Positions 10,960 to 23,472 of a stretch of 64,000 nt of DNA are shown here, one piece after another. The stretch's first letter is position 1. The number at the start of each line of letters is the position of its first letter. Source of the DNA: Sphagnum compactum (taxonomy: Eukaryota); the NCBI GenBank assembly GCA_965153455.1, contig OZ234493.1:20636213-20700212 (forward strand), read 5' to 3'. Below the pieces are notes generated by a model. That model made no database searches. It was given only the letters and a program-made list of their open reading frames with translations, and had not been told where the DNA came from. The translations under genes were made by a program, and so were the position numbers.

Positions 10960-13000
10960 ATGATAGCTATGTTGTAGAAACCTCATTATCAAGGGTCTAT
11001 TTGTTGGGGTTTCTTTGTTGTCAATGATAATTTGAGCATTGATTTGGAAAACTCACAAATGTTGTGATGCATCATTTATAGATCCAAGCAAACAACCATG
11101 ACAATATTATGATGCAAAGATCAATTCTCTATAAGAGTTTTATTAAATACAATAAAACAAATGATGTAACACCAATGAAAACTCATCTAGAATGTGCATA
11201 CCCTAACTTGTTTGCTTAGAGGAAGTTGTGACTCGATAAGAAGGTAGCAAAGCTTGATCATAATTGGCAACTAAGTGAAAAAAATCAAGGGTCAATTTGC
11301 TTATGCACCATCACTGTATTCTTTGGTGCCACAAACCTTTTTTTAAATGATTGCCCACAGCAAATGTTTTTTGAAAATTTGGTGCTTTACATTTGCAACG
11401 GTTACATGCCCCTCCAACCCACTTGTAAGAACATTTGGTTTTGAAGGTTAGTTCTACACCAATACCCTCATGTTTAGTTTCCTTTTCACTATTATTTTTT
11501 GGAAGAAATGTTTTTTGCCATGATCGTGAAGACATTGGATATGAATGATTTGCCAAAAAATTTATTTGCAACAAAAAAAAATCAATTTTTGATATGTGAA
11601 TGTCACAAGGTGAATTGCACACATTTGCTATAGTTATCAATTTTATGAGTGAAACAAGGGTGCCCAATATGGATCATGTTGTTGTTGGGTTATTTGAAGT
11701 GAATTAAACAATTGAGCTTTCCATGATTATATAACTTCGATCTCTACTAGAAAGTTTTGGTTTGCTATATCAAGTGATGGCATTTGTAAAAGTTAAAGGC
11801 AATAATTTGATAATTCTAGTGAAAACTTTGCATCCATCATTAATTATGAACCTTTGAAACTACTTTGGGTTTATGGTACTTATTTTGGACACATGATGTC
11901 TAAAGCTTGTCAATATGTTACAAAGACAAACAAGGTTTATGTTGGCCTAAAACATGTGAATGTTCAAAAGATGTTCAAGTTCGTTTATGGGTAGTTGCAA
12001 GCTATGGTGGCTCATTTTTGTGATGAAACGGTATTTCTTCCCTAGGTACCTTTTATTCAAATGCATGTGGTGATTAGTATATCCTTAAATCTATTAATTG
12101 AGACTTGGATCTAGACTAACAATTTCATTATGAAGAGAACTATGTGGTTATTTATTGATAAAAAAACTCATTTATTCAAAGTTGGGATTTTTGAAGTTGA
12201 AAAATATGGATTGATCGTTTAACTAGAACATCACAAAATGGAAAAAAATTATGTTGATTCACATTCCAAATTTGTTATTGGGGTTCAACATATAATGTGA
12301 TATAAGATGATAAACTCATATGAGGAATCTTTTCTTTGGAAACCTTAATCATTTAATAGTTAAGGACTTTTGAATCATTAAAATATGATCATATTTTCAT
12401 AAGTCCATATGAGTTGCAATTTTTGGTTTTTTTTCAATTTTTTTTGTCCCAAAAGCATATTTTTTTGAAAGTTTTAGATGGGGCATTATTTTTTTGAACT
12501 TTGTGGATTTTCCTTGTAGGACTTCCAAATTAAAAACTGACATTAACTACATTAGATACAAGTTTTCAAATAGATTTGGGAAGGTTTGTAGGTGATTGAA
12601 CATGTATTATTCAAAGATTAGAATAATAATAATTTTAAAGTAACAAACATGTCCATTTGAATCATTTAAAAAAATCTTGTATGGACTTATAGAGAGTATA
12701 ATTTATGCCACTTTGAGCCACTATACTATGGATTCACCCTTATAGAAAAAAATTATTTGGACCAAAAAATTTAAGAAAGGGAAGCAAGAGTGGGAAATGA
12801 TGTATCATGTCAATAGGATTTATTGTCAAAAACCAAAGATTCCTATGAAAACCATATTCACTATCAAAGTCATTATGTTTGAAAAGGCTATGGAATTTTA
12901 AAAGGCCATAATTATGTGTTATGGAAAGTAGAAGATCATGACTTTACAACAAATAATATTTAAGGCCCCCAATTAGCCTAATGACATGTGATTGAATTAT
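10960..13000 (+). mobile_element. Second decayed hAT-like transposase of the same family, interrupted by ~750 bp of other sequence
   Basis: Remnant peptides PHYQGSICWGFFVVNDNLSIDLENSQML*CII, MKTHLECAYP, DM*MSQGELHTFAIVINFM, HVVVGLFEV, MMSKACQYVT..NKVYVGLK (to ~11990), resuming at ~12745 with IIWTKKFKKGKQEWE and MKTIFTIKVIMFEKAMEF*KAIIMCYGK. Collinear with 43504-45250. Confidence 0.65.
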
Positions 13001-15340
13001 GTAAATCAAATTCATATTTAAAGGATTACATGAAATTGGAATATTCTTTGGGGGAAGAAAAATATGACTTAACAAATGAATTTAATATTTAATCATTTGC
13101 AAGTTGATGGTGATTAATTGTGTGGGACTAAAGTGGGTTGTGTGGGGTATGGTTGGGGCAAGGAAATGTGTTGCAATTGTGCGAATTTCTTCAAAGAACT
13201 TGGGTTCAACTCCCTCACAAGATACTTTGTTTCAGATTTTTTTTTGTGTTATTTTTTTAATTGTATACAAATTTATACTCTTGCAACCAACAAAATTCAA
13301 AAATTCAACATGCATAACCTTTCTACATATATATCCTACATGTCTTAACAATTGAAAATTGGCCTATTCATAACCACCAAAAGAATTTTAAGATTGAATG
13401 TGTAACCAAATTTGTAATAAATTGATTATTTTTGGATACAAATATGTCCTTATTTCAAATGTAAATAATATGTTTTAGTTAGTATGCACATGTTACTTTA
13501 CCTTGAAAACATAATAACTGGACAACACTAGTTCAAATCGGTGATAATTAAAATACAAAACTAAACATTTCATGAAGTTTCCCCCCAAAAAAAGAACTTT
13601 CAATTCAATAACTCTATAGATATGTTGATTCTTACAAGGTTAAATTAACAACACTTAAGATCTATTAAATGTTCCATGAACCTCCCCCACCCCCCGACCT
13701 CCATTAAAAAATGAACTCATAATTCACAATAACATTTGTTCAACATTCCTAAAAAATTGAGACCAAATGAAATACGACATTGCCAACCATTTTTCAAAAT
13801 AAATTATGGGCATCAACTGAAAATTACAATGTTCTATGATCGCTCCCCTCATAAACAAAGTCAATAAATATAACCATATCTTTCTAAAAATTCGTGGTTG
13901 GATTTTTTTGAGGAAGAAAACATTTTGTAGGAAGTTTTTATTGTTGGACTTTGTTCTAGGCTATAAATTCTATAGGGGTCAACACCTGACTTTTTTGGCA
14001 TATAAACCCACTAGAAATACAAAGGAAAATTCTATATTTTTTTTTGTATTTTATAAAGTTTTCATTGTTGTTTATCATGTTAACGATTTTGTATTGTACC
14101 CATATGTTACAAGTTTTAGATTGTCCAAATGGGGTGCAAGCAACCTTTTTTGGCTCCAAATCCCTAGCTTTTTCTTATGAAGTTTTAAGTTATTTTCCTT
14201 TATGGTTTCAAAATTGCTTCCCAATATCCAACATTTCTTCATAGAAATTTGAACTCTTAACCCAAAGTGGGCAAGGGTGATGATTGTGCATTGTGCGTAT
14301 ACAATTGTTCAACACACCTAGCCTTACTAATCTCTTTAGTCATGATGGTTGTCCACTTAAACTACTAGACCCTTCTCAATGAAGGTTTACATTTAAAACT
14401 TTGGCATTTTTGAGCATAGGACTCCTAACCTTATAAACTTCAAACTTTTTACAAATTCCTTGAATTTTTTAAAGATGAATCGTAAATCCATTAAAAACTT
14501 GCCAAGACCTAGCTCAAGTTAAATTAATCACTTTTGAACTTTGAAACAAGTTATTAGCAATTACATTACAAGATTAATTTCATCCAATTGTGAATAAGGT
14601 GCATTAATTAATTGACAACCTTCACATGAACATGACTCAATGGTTGTCCTTGATTAAATGGGTTAGACTATGATTACATGGGTTAGATTATGATTACATG
14701 ATCCATCATCTATCACCTAGAACCCATATGAAGTTTACAATTATCTTGACCAAGTTCAAAGTCCTTATGCATGTGGACCAACACAATGCAACATATACTC
14801 TATATAACATGACAAATGGAATTTGGTTTACAATCAACAATTTGTTAGCATGGAAGACATTGAACCTCAATAGTATTCCAATTGTTTATTGCCAAAACAA
14901 TAAATAAATAAAATGAAATGTTAAATTGTAAACCAAGTGTCATTAATATGTGGCTCTTCAACATGTTCAACAACCTATAGGCCTTTTAAGGTGGCCCTTT
15001 TCTAATTATTGTATCAAATGCAACACAATTATCTCGAACCTCCAAAATATGTGAATATTTGGGTACCCATGTGGTTTTTAGTGACTAATTGATATGGGAT
15101 TACGTCTATTGCCAAGTTGGCTATAATAGAAAGGTAATAAAGTTATCTTTAAAGTAATCCTTACTTTGGGCCTAACTTTGGTCCTTGCTACATTCCCAAA
15201 AGTAATCACCATAGTTTTTTAAAATTTTAAAAACTAGAATCTACTTAGGTTATGGCCATGTAGATTATGAGCCTATTGAGGTAGGGTGTTAACTAGATTA
15301 GGGCCTATCAAAATCCTACCTACCCATGGGGTACCTACCT

Positions 15341-15650
15341 TTGGAGGGTGTTGGTTTGTTAGAGTGGCTAAAAAATGATCAAATATTTTGGTAGTTTTTG
15401 TATTTTAGAATTCTCATGGGTTGGTTGTATAATGGCCCCAAAATTTGGAGGGTGTTGGTTTGTTAAAAGTGGTTAAAAATGATCAAGTATTTGATAATAT
15501 TTTTAGTTTAGAATTATCATGGGTTGGTTGAATAATGGCCCCAAAATTTGGAGGGCGTTGGTTTGTTAGAGTGGAGAAAAAAAATCAAGTATTTGGTAGT
15601 TTTTGTATTTTAGAATTCTCATGGGTTGGTTGTATAAAGGCCCCAAAATG
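15341..15650. repeat. Tandem repeat, 3 x ~103 bp
   Basis: Unit TTGGAGGGTGTTGGTTTGTTAGAGTGG...TTTAGAATTCTCATGGGTTGGTTGTATAATGGCCCCAAAAT at 15341, 15445 and 15548. Confidence 0.9.
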
Positions 15651-18100
15651 GAGCCCACAATTGAGAGAAAAGTAGTGTTGGTGGGGGGTTCACATAACTT
15701 GCACCTTCTATAATCATCAATTGGGGGACAACTACATCTATAATTCAATGCTCATACATACAATACTATTGAAATACCATGCATAACTATTCAAATATAT
15801 TTCATCTTTTGAACTATTGATATATTTGTTATGCTTTAAAATATTTTCAATTCAATTCAACTTTATATTCAATTCAAAATGTTCCTATAGTATTGTTTTC
15901 CCTCAAAAATTTGCAAAAAGTTACATCGGACAATTTTTTAGGTCATTTTCGCAAACTAACACCCTAGATTACCTACCTACACATGGGCTACCAACCTACC
16001 TAACTACCTACCTATGGGCTACCTATGTACCTAAGTGCCCACATGGATGAGGTAACCCCTTAAGTAGTCCATAGGTATCCCATAACCTAGCTAGGCCCCT
16101 AGGTGTCTCTTGAGGTAGCCCCTTGGTAATACTTTAAATTAATCTTTTGTAGCCCCTTTTTAGGGCTTTTGATAGCCACCTAGTTAAAATTATGTAGCAC
16201 CCCTTCTTGCACTATGAATCAACCCTAGATAATAACTCACTAAGCAACTCCTAGGCATCCCCTAACTTAGGAAATCCCTAGCTAAACCTTTAGACATGAA
16301 AAAATTCAAATCATCTTGGGTTGAAGAGGAAATTTGAATTTCTTTTTCCATTATTTTACTTTGGCATGGTCCCATCTTGCATTTTAATTATTGACCTTGG
16401 TTTTGGTTTCAGTGAATCCCATGATTTTGTTTTTAGGTTTTATTGTCTTTGCAAAACTGTTATGCCACTTTTATTTCCTTTATTTGAGGATAGCCAAATA
16501 CCAATACAATTTACTTTCTTTAGCCATGTTAACAATATATTATTTCGCCATTGATGGATTAAATTAGGCTTTTGATTTGTATCCATACATCTTTCAATTT
16601 GTACCCCCAAAAAAATCTTCTTAAAGGCTTGGAAATTTTGCTTTTGTTTATTTCCTTACCAGTTTCCACATTTGACAAAAAAATAATCATTTTTTTTCAA
16701 AAAATGTTTTTTTTTCAATTTTGAAATTATATTTCTTTCCACCATCTACTATAATATTGTGATATGAGTAGTGAAATTATTCAAAATGTAGCCAATGATA
16801 ATTATGATGGTTTTCAACATGTCAACTCCATATTTTCACAAAATTTCATTTCACTATTATGAGGATTAGTTAATGATGAAACCAACCTAAAGGTAAAGTA
16901 GTTAGCAAATTGAAAAACATGCACATTGAAATGTAATCATCAAGTTTGAACTTGCCCATCCAATGGGGATCAAAATTCTACAATTTACAAATACAAAAAT
17001 CATAACTCATAAGTGAATTTGGATGACATGGGAAAGCCCAACACATATGAACCCTCTTGCTTCATGGTTTTAGAATAGCCATGACATTTGACAGATTTCA
17101 AGGAACTTCCCAACATTCATTTCTACACATGGCAAGCAATGTTTTGTTGGAGTGCTTGCATCCACATTCATTCATGCCTTTTCTTATTCTAATGCTTCAA
17201 CCAAGTGACAAAAGATCCTTGGGAGAGGAGTTGTTCATAAATCTATCAAAGATTGCAAATTGCCCAAAACAAACTTGACTAGGAGTAGCAACATCATTGA
17301 GAGCAATGTTGCTCGTAGAAATGGATTTGAAAGTCTACTTCGTACACTTCATTCAAGGCAAGAATCCATGGTCCTTGCATACATCAACATCAATGGATCT
17401 TGCATTAATAGGAAAACATGAATTCTTGCTCTACTACCGAAAACGAATTCATCTCTAGATATTTGAGGCCATCGAATACCTTGAAACCTTTGAAATGGAT
17501 GTTTGCATTGGGGGGAATCCAACATCACAATTCACCACAACTAACCACAATGATGAAGAGATATGTTTTCCATACACTAAAGCTTGCATGTCTCATCGCA
17601 AAAAAGAACATAAGTTCTATCGAATTGTGAGTGCAACATATAAGCACAAACGCATTGTAAGGAAAAAACAAGGGACATATACACACCAAATTCAGGAACC
17701 CATGCAAGAAAGGTTTCAAATTTGTCATGTTGCACAATGGTTGAGGGGTTCTACATTGCATAGAAAAACATGATCTTAATTTCATAAGTTGTCAAAAGTT
17801 TCAAACACATCAGAATTTCCATGTTTCCAAAAGTTTCAACATGCCTTAGAAACGTGGTAGGCTAGATCATGTAATACCAAGACTTATTGAAATAGTTTCA
17901 TACCCTAGATATGAGGCAATTGTTGAGTTTCTGAAAAACAAAGAAATGGATAAAAGTTTGTTGTTTAAATGTGATCTATAACCCTCCATAAAGCTTCATG
18001 TTATACCTACTTGTTCCATTCCTTCCGCTATTATTTGTGATTAAAACAAACCATGTGCACAAGGTTTAATGACTTGAAATCTCCCAAGATTCATGTGTTG

Positions 18101-18380
18101 TTGAGAACAACTTGAAATTGAGGATTTAATTGATAAGCACTAATTGCTTAAAACCCTCAACACACAAACAATAATCAACACATGATGAAGAGCAACTTGG
18201 CATGGAGAATTGTTACTCTTCATTGCCATTCTACAAACTCATCCAATGTTCAGAACAACTTGGAACTTGAGGATTTCATTGATAAACCCTAAATCCTAAA
18301 TCACTTAACCCATAACAATAATCCACATAGAATGAAGGTAAAATTGGTGTGGAGAATTGTTACTCTCTTTATTCCCATGT
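18101..18380. repeat. Degenerate tandem duplication, 2 x ~148 bp
   Basis: AGAACAACTTG.AA.TTGAGGATTT.ATTGATAA ... AACAATAATC ... TGGAGAATTGTTACTCT occurs twice. Confidence 0.75.
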
Positions 18381-18909
18381 ACAATTAATTTAATGGAGGG
18401 GATCGAGAATATGGAGAAACTTAAAAAGGGGAGGCAGAAGCCATATTCACAAAAACCTTCCAATAAGTGGAAAAGGCCCATTTTAGTAACACCACGATGG
18501 TATTGAATAAAGGATTGCAGGACTACCTTGAGACTACTCATATATTCAATGAACTCAAGTATGTTTATTGTTGATCCCTGCAAAAAAATGGGGTAGAGGA
18601 CGGGATGGGACCGCGGGGGGGGGGGGGGGATTAGGGTTAGGGATCCATAGCTTCACATTGCAATTCATGTAAAATGGAGCTATGTAACCCTCTTTCACTC
18701 TATCTCTCTGTGTCTCTATTCTCTTTCTTCTCCGTAATGAGGCGCAAGTCTGAAAGCAAGTGTGTCAACAACTTGCTAGAGCCTCCATACTCGCCGTTGT
18801 CCTAAGCTTTTTTAAGTAGGTCAAATAAAATAGAGTACATTGAGTAGGTAGGGAACACTTTGTGAGCTGCCTACGGGAAAATTTTAGGGCGTTTATATAT
18901 TAAATTAAA

Positions 18910-21900
18910 TTAAATTAACCTCCGGCGGCGGCGGCTATATTGCCTCTTCTGACACAGACATCCTGGGTAAGGGTTAGCAAAAAAATTCTCCTCCAATTTG
19001 GGGGACTCCCCAACCTCTCGATAACGTGGTGCACCTATCCGCTCTTTATGAATCTTCCTTACCTCCACTTGAAATGCTTCCCAAGGTATCGTGCCCATTT
19101 CATAGTCATCCACAAGCCTCACCAGACTTTCTCTGCAAAAACCCATTCATATTGTTTGGTGCATGTCTACCTCTTGGACCATCCCGATAATCGAAGATAG
19201 ATGCAAAACTCAGAATGTCCCAATCCAAGGACGTTACTTGGTGTAAAACCCAAGGTGATCATTTCTAGCAATGCCTTACACCAAAAAAGCTTGGCATAGA
19301 GACCACGGTGATCGTTTATATGTAACTCCTTACACCAAAAAACCCTAATTCTTTCATGTAAGGTAGCCTCCAAAAATAGACAATGAAACGATGGTGGGGT
19401 CTTTACAGAAGGAGAAAATGGGTACCTGTCAGGGTTAATTGTTTTCTTGTAGCCTGCGAATTGACGATGACCTTGGAGCGTCTTGGCCATATTGCCATCA
19501 TAGGTGTACACGAAAACATCACTCGCAAGTGCCACAATGTAATCCAAGGCAGCCAAGCGATTTTGAAAGCCCCTAAATGGAGCTAGTTCTTCTTCAGTTG
19601 CCAATGTCATGTGGGAGTAGACATTAGGGAACATCTGCTTTAAGGAGTCCAAGCTTCCATTCCCATATATCTCCCCAGCCACAATATAAATCCTTGTGGC
19701 TGCTGGGTAACCAAGGGCCTTCAGTAAAAGTCCTGTTTCAAGGGGGGTCAGTGGACAACCCCCTTGCTTCCGCTTCTCTTCCCCATCAATCTCCTTCTCT
19801 TTCCAGTGCTTGACATCATATCGCATTTCTCGGAGTTCTTCTGCTTCCATTGTAGAAAGTCCATGGGCACATCCTGTAAATGCCAACATATCTTTCTCAT
19901 ATCTGCGCACAAGGATTTCAACCCATTTTAGACAACCCTACGAGGAAATCAGTGACAACCCTAAACCCTAAACCCTAACTTTGGAAAACCTTGAAACAAT
20001 CTTCCCTTTTATTATCGGACACAAAGAAACATGAATCTCTCCAAAGAATTGCTAATCACTTGAAAACACTGGTGGACCAAAGAAGGCCGAGAGGTTTTTA
20101 CCTGAGATGCAAGGCAATATAAGGGGCATCCTGTTGAATACGCTCAACAAGAGTTTGTCCTAACGTCCGAATGGGTCCCACAAATTTGAGAGCGTGGTAA
20201 TTTGCACGACAGCGTAGCTGCTGTATTGAGTCTGGCAAATCATTGTTCGCCAAGCGTGAATCAGCATGTGTGAAATACAACACTTTCTGTTGCTTCAACA
20301 ATGGCACTAATTCTTCCTCATAATAGGGTGCCTGCAAAACACCCAAAAAATCACCAAAACCAAAAACATAAGTTACAACACTTTCATGACAAATCTCTTA
20401 CAGCTTCTTCAAGTTGTCCAGGTGATGGAAAGGCAAAAGGAGGGAGAGAGAAAGAGACAGAGAGACAGAGAGACAGAGAGAAAGAGAAAATGTCACCTTG
20501 GACCAAGATACAGGTGCCTTCATCATAGGATCAATCTGAGCAAGATCAGCTGGCAACTCCTCCACAACTTGAATATCGTCCTGGAGTGACTCCACAAAAT
20601 GACGCACATCAAAAATGTCTCCAAAATCACTGCACCCAGAAATCGAATTTCAGAGCAAACTTCAGTGCAAAGAGAAAAACATATATGGCAGTTCAATAAT
20701 CCTCCCCTTTGAAAATTCACACAACTAAAAAATACCCATTGAACAACACCACAAAACTCCAAAAATTGACTCCCGATTGAACAAATTAATTGTCAATGTC
20801 ACAGTCAAATGCAGTGGTCCTAAATGACATACTCCATGCATGCAAGGATCAGTGATTGAGAGATTTCAATAAAAGTGGGCAAAAAAAGAAAAGGAAAAAT
20901 TGTGTCACATGCAAGGACCCAGGGAGACTAAGGTTTCATTGCAAAACTGGATCTCACTATCATGACATTAATAAGACAGATATCTTTGGTGATTGTCCCA
21001 CAGTCTCTACCTTATTAACCCTTCCTCACACACACACTATCATGACTTCAAGGCCAACCTGGTATCAGCCCAGAAAGAGCTGTGGTCAAGAGTGGGCACG
21101 ACGAGTGTAGCATTCATCAGCCTTGCCACTGCAACCATATCACAAATCTGCAAAAAAGAAAAAAGAAAAAACCAAAAAAATCCAAGGTTACCACAAAGCA
21201 CCTTGTGGTATGATCCTTGACCTTGGTCATCCATCTATCCTCTTCAGAAAGGCACTTAAGAGAGAGAGAACCCATGTTCTCAAATTTTGAGCGAGCTTGT
21301 CACGTTTGCATCCTTGTGGACTAGTAACTTATAAGGTTATCACAATATATGTGCCTGCTGCAACTTCACATCCTGACAAGACCAATAAAGAGACAGAAAG
21401 ACAAAAGAGGCTGGATTGACTCTGAAATATAATCTCAAATCATCTAGAAGTGTCTGTCATTCCGGTCAAAATTGCAAGATGAAGGTCAATAGATACTTGT
21501 GTTACAAAGTGGAACAAAATGGAGTTTGGGTTATCTATGTACCCCTGTTCGCATTTGATTTAAGCCACCATTGGCATTGACTAAAAGGTAACCATTTGTA
21601 CCATTTCCGGGACCTGCAGTCAAAAACATCAAACAACTCAGAGACGAAACCAAATAAATCTTGCTATTATGCACGGGTACCTATTTTGAAAAAGATGTTA
21701 TAGAGAAATTAATTTTGCAAATTTATAACACTTACGGCTGTAGTCTTTGCTCCGAGCTACACACTGCTCAAGGTTTTGACTCAATGGCTTTGCCCAAAGT
21801 TCACTTGCCCCAAACAAAGCATTCTGCACAAAATGCACATCGCCATCCAACTCAACTTTCTCCCAGACCATAATAAGCAGCTGCTAAACCCTGGCTGCCA

Positions 21901-23472
21901 TAGATTCATGGCAAATTCATAGAAACCCAGTTCGTATCCAATCTGAAGTCATTATGATACCATTAAGGTCTGGGGTGGCAGATTATGTCATTTTCTTGAC
22001 CACATTATATGACATAATCTCCTGGTGATGATCATACACTAGTAATAGTGACCAAAATCTCTGTTGAACACTACAACTATTCACAAAAGAAGCATCAGTA
22101 AAGGGCTAATCCATATGATGAATTGAAGAGTTTTTTTTACCTTATGGTAGTCATCGTCACCTGTGCCATCATGCTCACTGTGCTTGTCAGATGATAGTTC
22201 TGAAACCAAACTATCCTTGAACACTTGTGTTACATACTCTTTATGAGCCTCACTGGACTCCACCTTCACTGCTTGAAGAACCAGTTTTCCTCCCCCTACC
22301 TGCTGGTAAAAAAATCACATTGCAATTGCAACAACACCCAAACAACATTACCTTCAATTTCTTTACTACTGTAGAGCTCGGATCACAACAGCCATTGCAA
22401 AATTTTCATAGCTCAGATCACCATGATTGTGACACAACAGCCATTGCCAAAAATTCATGGAATGTGTCCTGATCCGAAGCAACCTTGTGCCACTGCCAGC
22501 AGTTCCTTGGGGAGGCCAGAATTGATAGTATTATTGGGGTAAGTCTGGAAGAGGTGAGCATTTCCGAGGTAAAGACTGAAATGTTCGCCTCTTCCACTTA
22601 AGCAAAACTGAAATTTGGTCCTTGACTGACTCTCTTTGAGTTGCACCATCGCAAAAGAGTGAGAATGCCTTGGGCAAGATCATGGATCTCATGAGGAGAC
22701 ATGTGGAGATGAAGAATGATATCTTACAGTATTCATCAACAGGAAAAATTCTACAAAGGCAGGAGGAGAAGGAGCTTATCAATCCCACCTGAGGAGTAGA
22801 AGAATAGTTCTGAGACTCAATGCTCAGCCATCCACCTGATGTGATCTTCACCAACAGGAAAGTGAGCAAGAGAAGGGCAAAAATGTAGAAACCCGACTGC
22901 CGAAAGCCCCTCTTTCGAGTGAATATTTGTGTCATGCGTGTGGCAGAGGACGAGTTGTGAACCCAGAAATGACCTACAAAATCACTTACGAAACCTGCAG
23001 CAGACTGTTCCACCACCATCCCATGAGCTTGCAGCTTGTTACTCTTGCTACTGCTGTTGTTGTTGTGGTTGTGGTTGTGGTGGTTGTCGTCATTGTTGCT
23101 ATGGGTCGATAGCTTCAGCAGGCATACATCACTCTCCACCATCCCCAATGCTTCCTGAGCTTCCAATCGATCAGATGCAAAGTGGTATTGGTAAACCTTG
23201 AAAGACTCATTCTGTTGTTGTTGCTGTTGATGATGATGGTGATGATCTCCTCCTCCACATTTGGGATTCCATGACAGTCGCCGATTCTTGGGGCTCATGG
23301 GGCCACCAGATCGTGGGCTATGAAACACATGGGTTATGTCTCGGCCTCCTGCAGCTCCCATAATGCTGCCTGCTCCTCCTCCTGATGCTGCTCCTCCTGC
23401 TCCTCCTCCTGCTCCTCCTCCTCCTGCTGCCTCTGGACCTCCTGGGTTTGCTACTGATCCCCAGTGCCCCAT
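18910..23472 (-). CDS. O-fucosyltransferase family protein (GT106/DUF246), FRIABLE1-like type II Golgi glycosyltransferase, 9 coding exons, 717 aa
   Basis: Exons read by hand, all GT-AG and phase-consistent: 23472-22789, 22299-22141, 21823-21736, 21613-21543, 21147-21059, 20629-20497, 20331-20102, 19902-19426, 19132-18910 (2154 nt). Family motifs: [122 protein letters not shown] hydrophobic segment [14 protein letters not shown] starts at residue ~195. The FRB1-clade assignment is from recalled motif similarity only. Confidence 0.93.

Noticed and set aside
16900..17900. Decayed coding-like sequence on the minus strand (HPFQRFQGIRWPQISRDEFVFGSRARIH...)
   Set aside because: Broken by stops and frameshifts, with no family I can recognise. 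It needs BLASTX.
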